Of a DNA stretch of 64,000 nt, positions 63,201 through 64,000 are shown in pieces (within the stretch, counting starts at the first letter, position 1; each line of letters opens with the position of its first letter). A model generated the notes under the pieces. That model saw only the letters and a list, made by a program, of their open reading frames with translations, was not told the origin of the DNA and searched no databases. The stretch comes from Octopus vulgaris (taxonomy: Eukaryota). The translations under genes were made by a program, and so were the position numbers. The stretch lies in contig OX597836.1 of the NCBI GenBank assembly GCA_951406725.2, positions 48,360,001 through 48,424,000 of the forward strand. The letters run 5' to 3'.

Positions 63201-63229
63201 GCAGCCAGTATCACAGGATGATAATCCAT
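50298..63229 (-). CDS. EIF2B3: Translation initiation factor eIF2B subunit gamma; 11 coding exons, 444 aa
   Basis: Exons 63082-63229, 61960-62111, 60655-60820, 58999-59104, 57867-57956, 56272-56381, 55613-55785, 54999-55070, 52894-53042, 51301-51404, 50298-50362. All GT-AG with consistent phases, total 1335 nt. N-terminal nucleotidyltransferase-like motifs (PVILAAGTGSRM..LT..TPKALL.VGNKPMIWY, GTADALR, DCHLY, TLKGELVPY.VKKQFS, RTNTL..Y.EANR) and a C-terminal left-handed beta-helix hexapeptide region. Confidence 0.95.
51118..51290. repeat. (GA)n microsatellite abutting the EIF2B3 exon 10 donor
   Basis: Direct reading; other (GA)n tracts at about 18842-18892, 19634-19690, 22324-22366 and 35753-35787. 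Confidence 0.95.
51301..51404 (-). CDS. EIF2B3: EIF2B3 coding exon 10 (left-handed beta-helix)
   Basis: SIIDGCIICDSVYIGENCDLKDSIVGSQEKIEAN; ttgcag acceptor, gtaagt donor. Confidence 0.94.
52894..53042 (-). CDS. EIF2B3: EIF2B3 coding exon 9 (left-handed beta-helix)
   Basis: IDDESLLDGSVSLGKNVSITHSVIGAYCKIYDKVKITNSVVLDHTEIGE(G); gtaagt donor. Confidence 0.94.
53940..54166 (+). mobile_element. Mariner-derived MITE
   Basis: TIRs TTGGGTTGGTGCATAATTATTG / CAATAATTGTGCCCCAACCCAA flanked by TA; the internal LPSKWEAAIEVDGEY resembles a mariner transposase C-terminus. Confidence 0.88.
54999..55070 (-). CDS. EIF2B3: EIF2B3 coding exon 8
   Basis: ILKHFPELMPPGTLSKITAGKSSK; tttttcag acceptor, gtaaag donor; phase 0-0. 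Confidence 0.85.
55613..55785 (-). CDS. EIF2B3: EIF2B3 coding exon 7
   Basis: (D)IYSYIPKSFLAEAYQLTLSNKVSPTYHEEIHCYVYIQEKGFCVRTNTLANYAEANRQ; gtaatt donor. Confidence 0.93.
56272..56381 (-). CDS. EIF2B3: EIF2B3 coding exon 6
   Basis: KITTLKGELVPYIVKKQFSKNKSKKDDTSEGLSKKR(D); a second in-frame donor lies 12 nt upstream. Confidence 0.9.
57867..57956 (-). CDS. EIF2B3: EIF2B3 coding exon 5
   Basis: CPFISLRTDMTDCHLYIMKKWIFEFLLDR(P); ttttccag acceptor, gtgagt donor. Confidence 0.94.
58999..59104 (-). CDS. EIF2B3: EIF2B3 coding exon 4
   Basis: (E)GDVIGLNKELQRLVFHSNEADQGDFITFSHSFLT(Q); gtaagt donor. Confidence 0.92.
60655..60820 (-). CDS. EIF2B3: EIF2B3 coding exon 3
   Basis: YDLLIISSDLITTLPLHYFTNHFKAYDASFLMLLSPLPESFNEAPVPGVKVDKQN; ttttcag acceptor, gtcagt donor. 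Confidence 0.92.
60958..61230 (-). mobile_element. CORE-like tRNA SINE
   Basis: GGAGCAATGAGAAATGTCTTGCTCA..G.ACAA segment; related heads at about 16430-16547 and 29900-30025. Confidence 0.6.
61960..62111 (-). CDS. EIF2B3: EIF2B3 coding exon 2
   Basis: (E)AMVLVQESKRSEIKRKLEFYEFIIKLDFVNVPDDSSGTADALRLIRNKVK; gtaaat donor. Confidence 0.93.
62540..62990 (-). mobile_element. Degraded RTE-type LINE fragment
   Basis: LWE...QQ...QIKRRKW motif typical of RTE C-termini; frameshifted. Confidence 0.55.
63082..63229 (-). CDS. EIF2B3: EIF2B3 first coding exon (exon starts about 63245; upstream non-coding exon not located in the window)
   Basis: MDYHPVILAAGTGSRMNDLTANTPKALLTVGNKPMIWYSINMCQKAGFQ; acceptor ttttag at 63246-63247; donor gtttgt. 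Confidence 0.95.
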
Positions 63230-64000
63230 AATGCGTAATGCTTCACTAAAACACAAGAAAAAAAAAATTCACAGTTGGCTCACTTCAAGTCCAATCAAAG
63301 GCACTTAAGAAAAAAAAATTGCATTAAAATGTTTTGAATCTGATTATTTGACTAAGCATCTAGTTTGGATGTTGGGATAAATTATGGGGTTGGTGGCACT
63401 ACTTCAATGGAAAATCTTTTACTATTGAATATCCATTTCTACTGGTTTATTGAAATTGGAGGTGCCATTCAAAAAAAAAAAAACAAAAACTCCACTCTAA
63501 GAAGTACAAGGTACTGCTCTGCAGGAAGAATATATGCAAGACTTATCTACTTTTATTGCAAGCATTTCTCGAGTCAAGAGGTATCAATAGTGCACAGATG
63601 GGGGGGGGGGGGTCTAAAATGTCAGAAAGCTCTTGTTTAGTCTTAGATTCTGGAACAATGTTGAGAAATTTCTAGATAAAATGTTATTATAGATTACACC
63701 CTGTCATGGGCGAGGTACCCGTTACTAATAACAAGTGTGCATCATTTTAACATCTACTTTTCCTATGCTTGAATAGATTGGAGAGAATCTGCCAAGGTAG
63801 ACATCCTACAGCCAAACGCTCTTCCTGTTGCCAACCCTTATCCATTTCGAAGCAAGGTAAAGATTTCCCTCAGGACCAGATATGTTTGCACAAAATATAG
63901 AAATGACATTTACAACAATCACACAATGTCTCAAGATAAGGAGTTACAAACACACACACATGAGAGGGTGCTGAAAAGTTCCGGGTTTTAAGGGCATCCT

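Noticed and set aside
63960-64000. Start of a mariner-like TIR (GAGGGTGCTGAAAAGTTCC)
   Set aside because: Truncated by the window edge, so the partner TIR cannot be verified.

Overview
AT-rich, intron- and repeat-rich animal genomic DNA. The SINE and RTE families and the microsatellite load point to a coleoid cephalopod, most likely Octopus (inference). Three host genes were reconstructed by hand from splice sites and translation. (1) The 3' end of an annexin gene (+) carries two paralogous copies of its terminal coding exon (612-731 and 4923-5045), each followed by its own AATAAA. (2) A complete SLC17A9/VNUT vesicular nucleotide transporter (-) has 12 coding exons from 43671 to 13711 (1350 nt, 449 aa). 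(3) The complete coding region of EIF2B3/eIF2B-gamma (-) has 11 coding exons from 63229 to 50298 (1335 nt, 444 aa). The remainder is tRNA-derived SINEs, RTE/CR1/Penelope/R4-like LINE fragments, MITEs, a Chapaev-like fossil and microsatellites. The best leads are the duplicated alternative last exons of the annexin, a box C/D snoRNA-like sequence between them, a roughly 300-bp palindrome with type I hammerhead-ribozyme architecture just upstream of SLC17A9, and two young GC-rich RTE insertions with target-site duplications. Repeat boundaries are approximate. No database searches were run.
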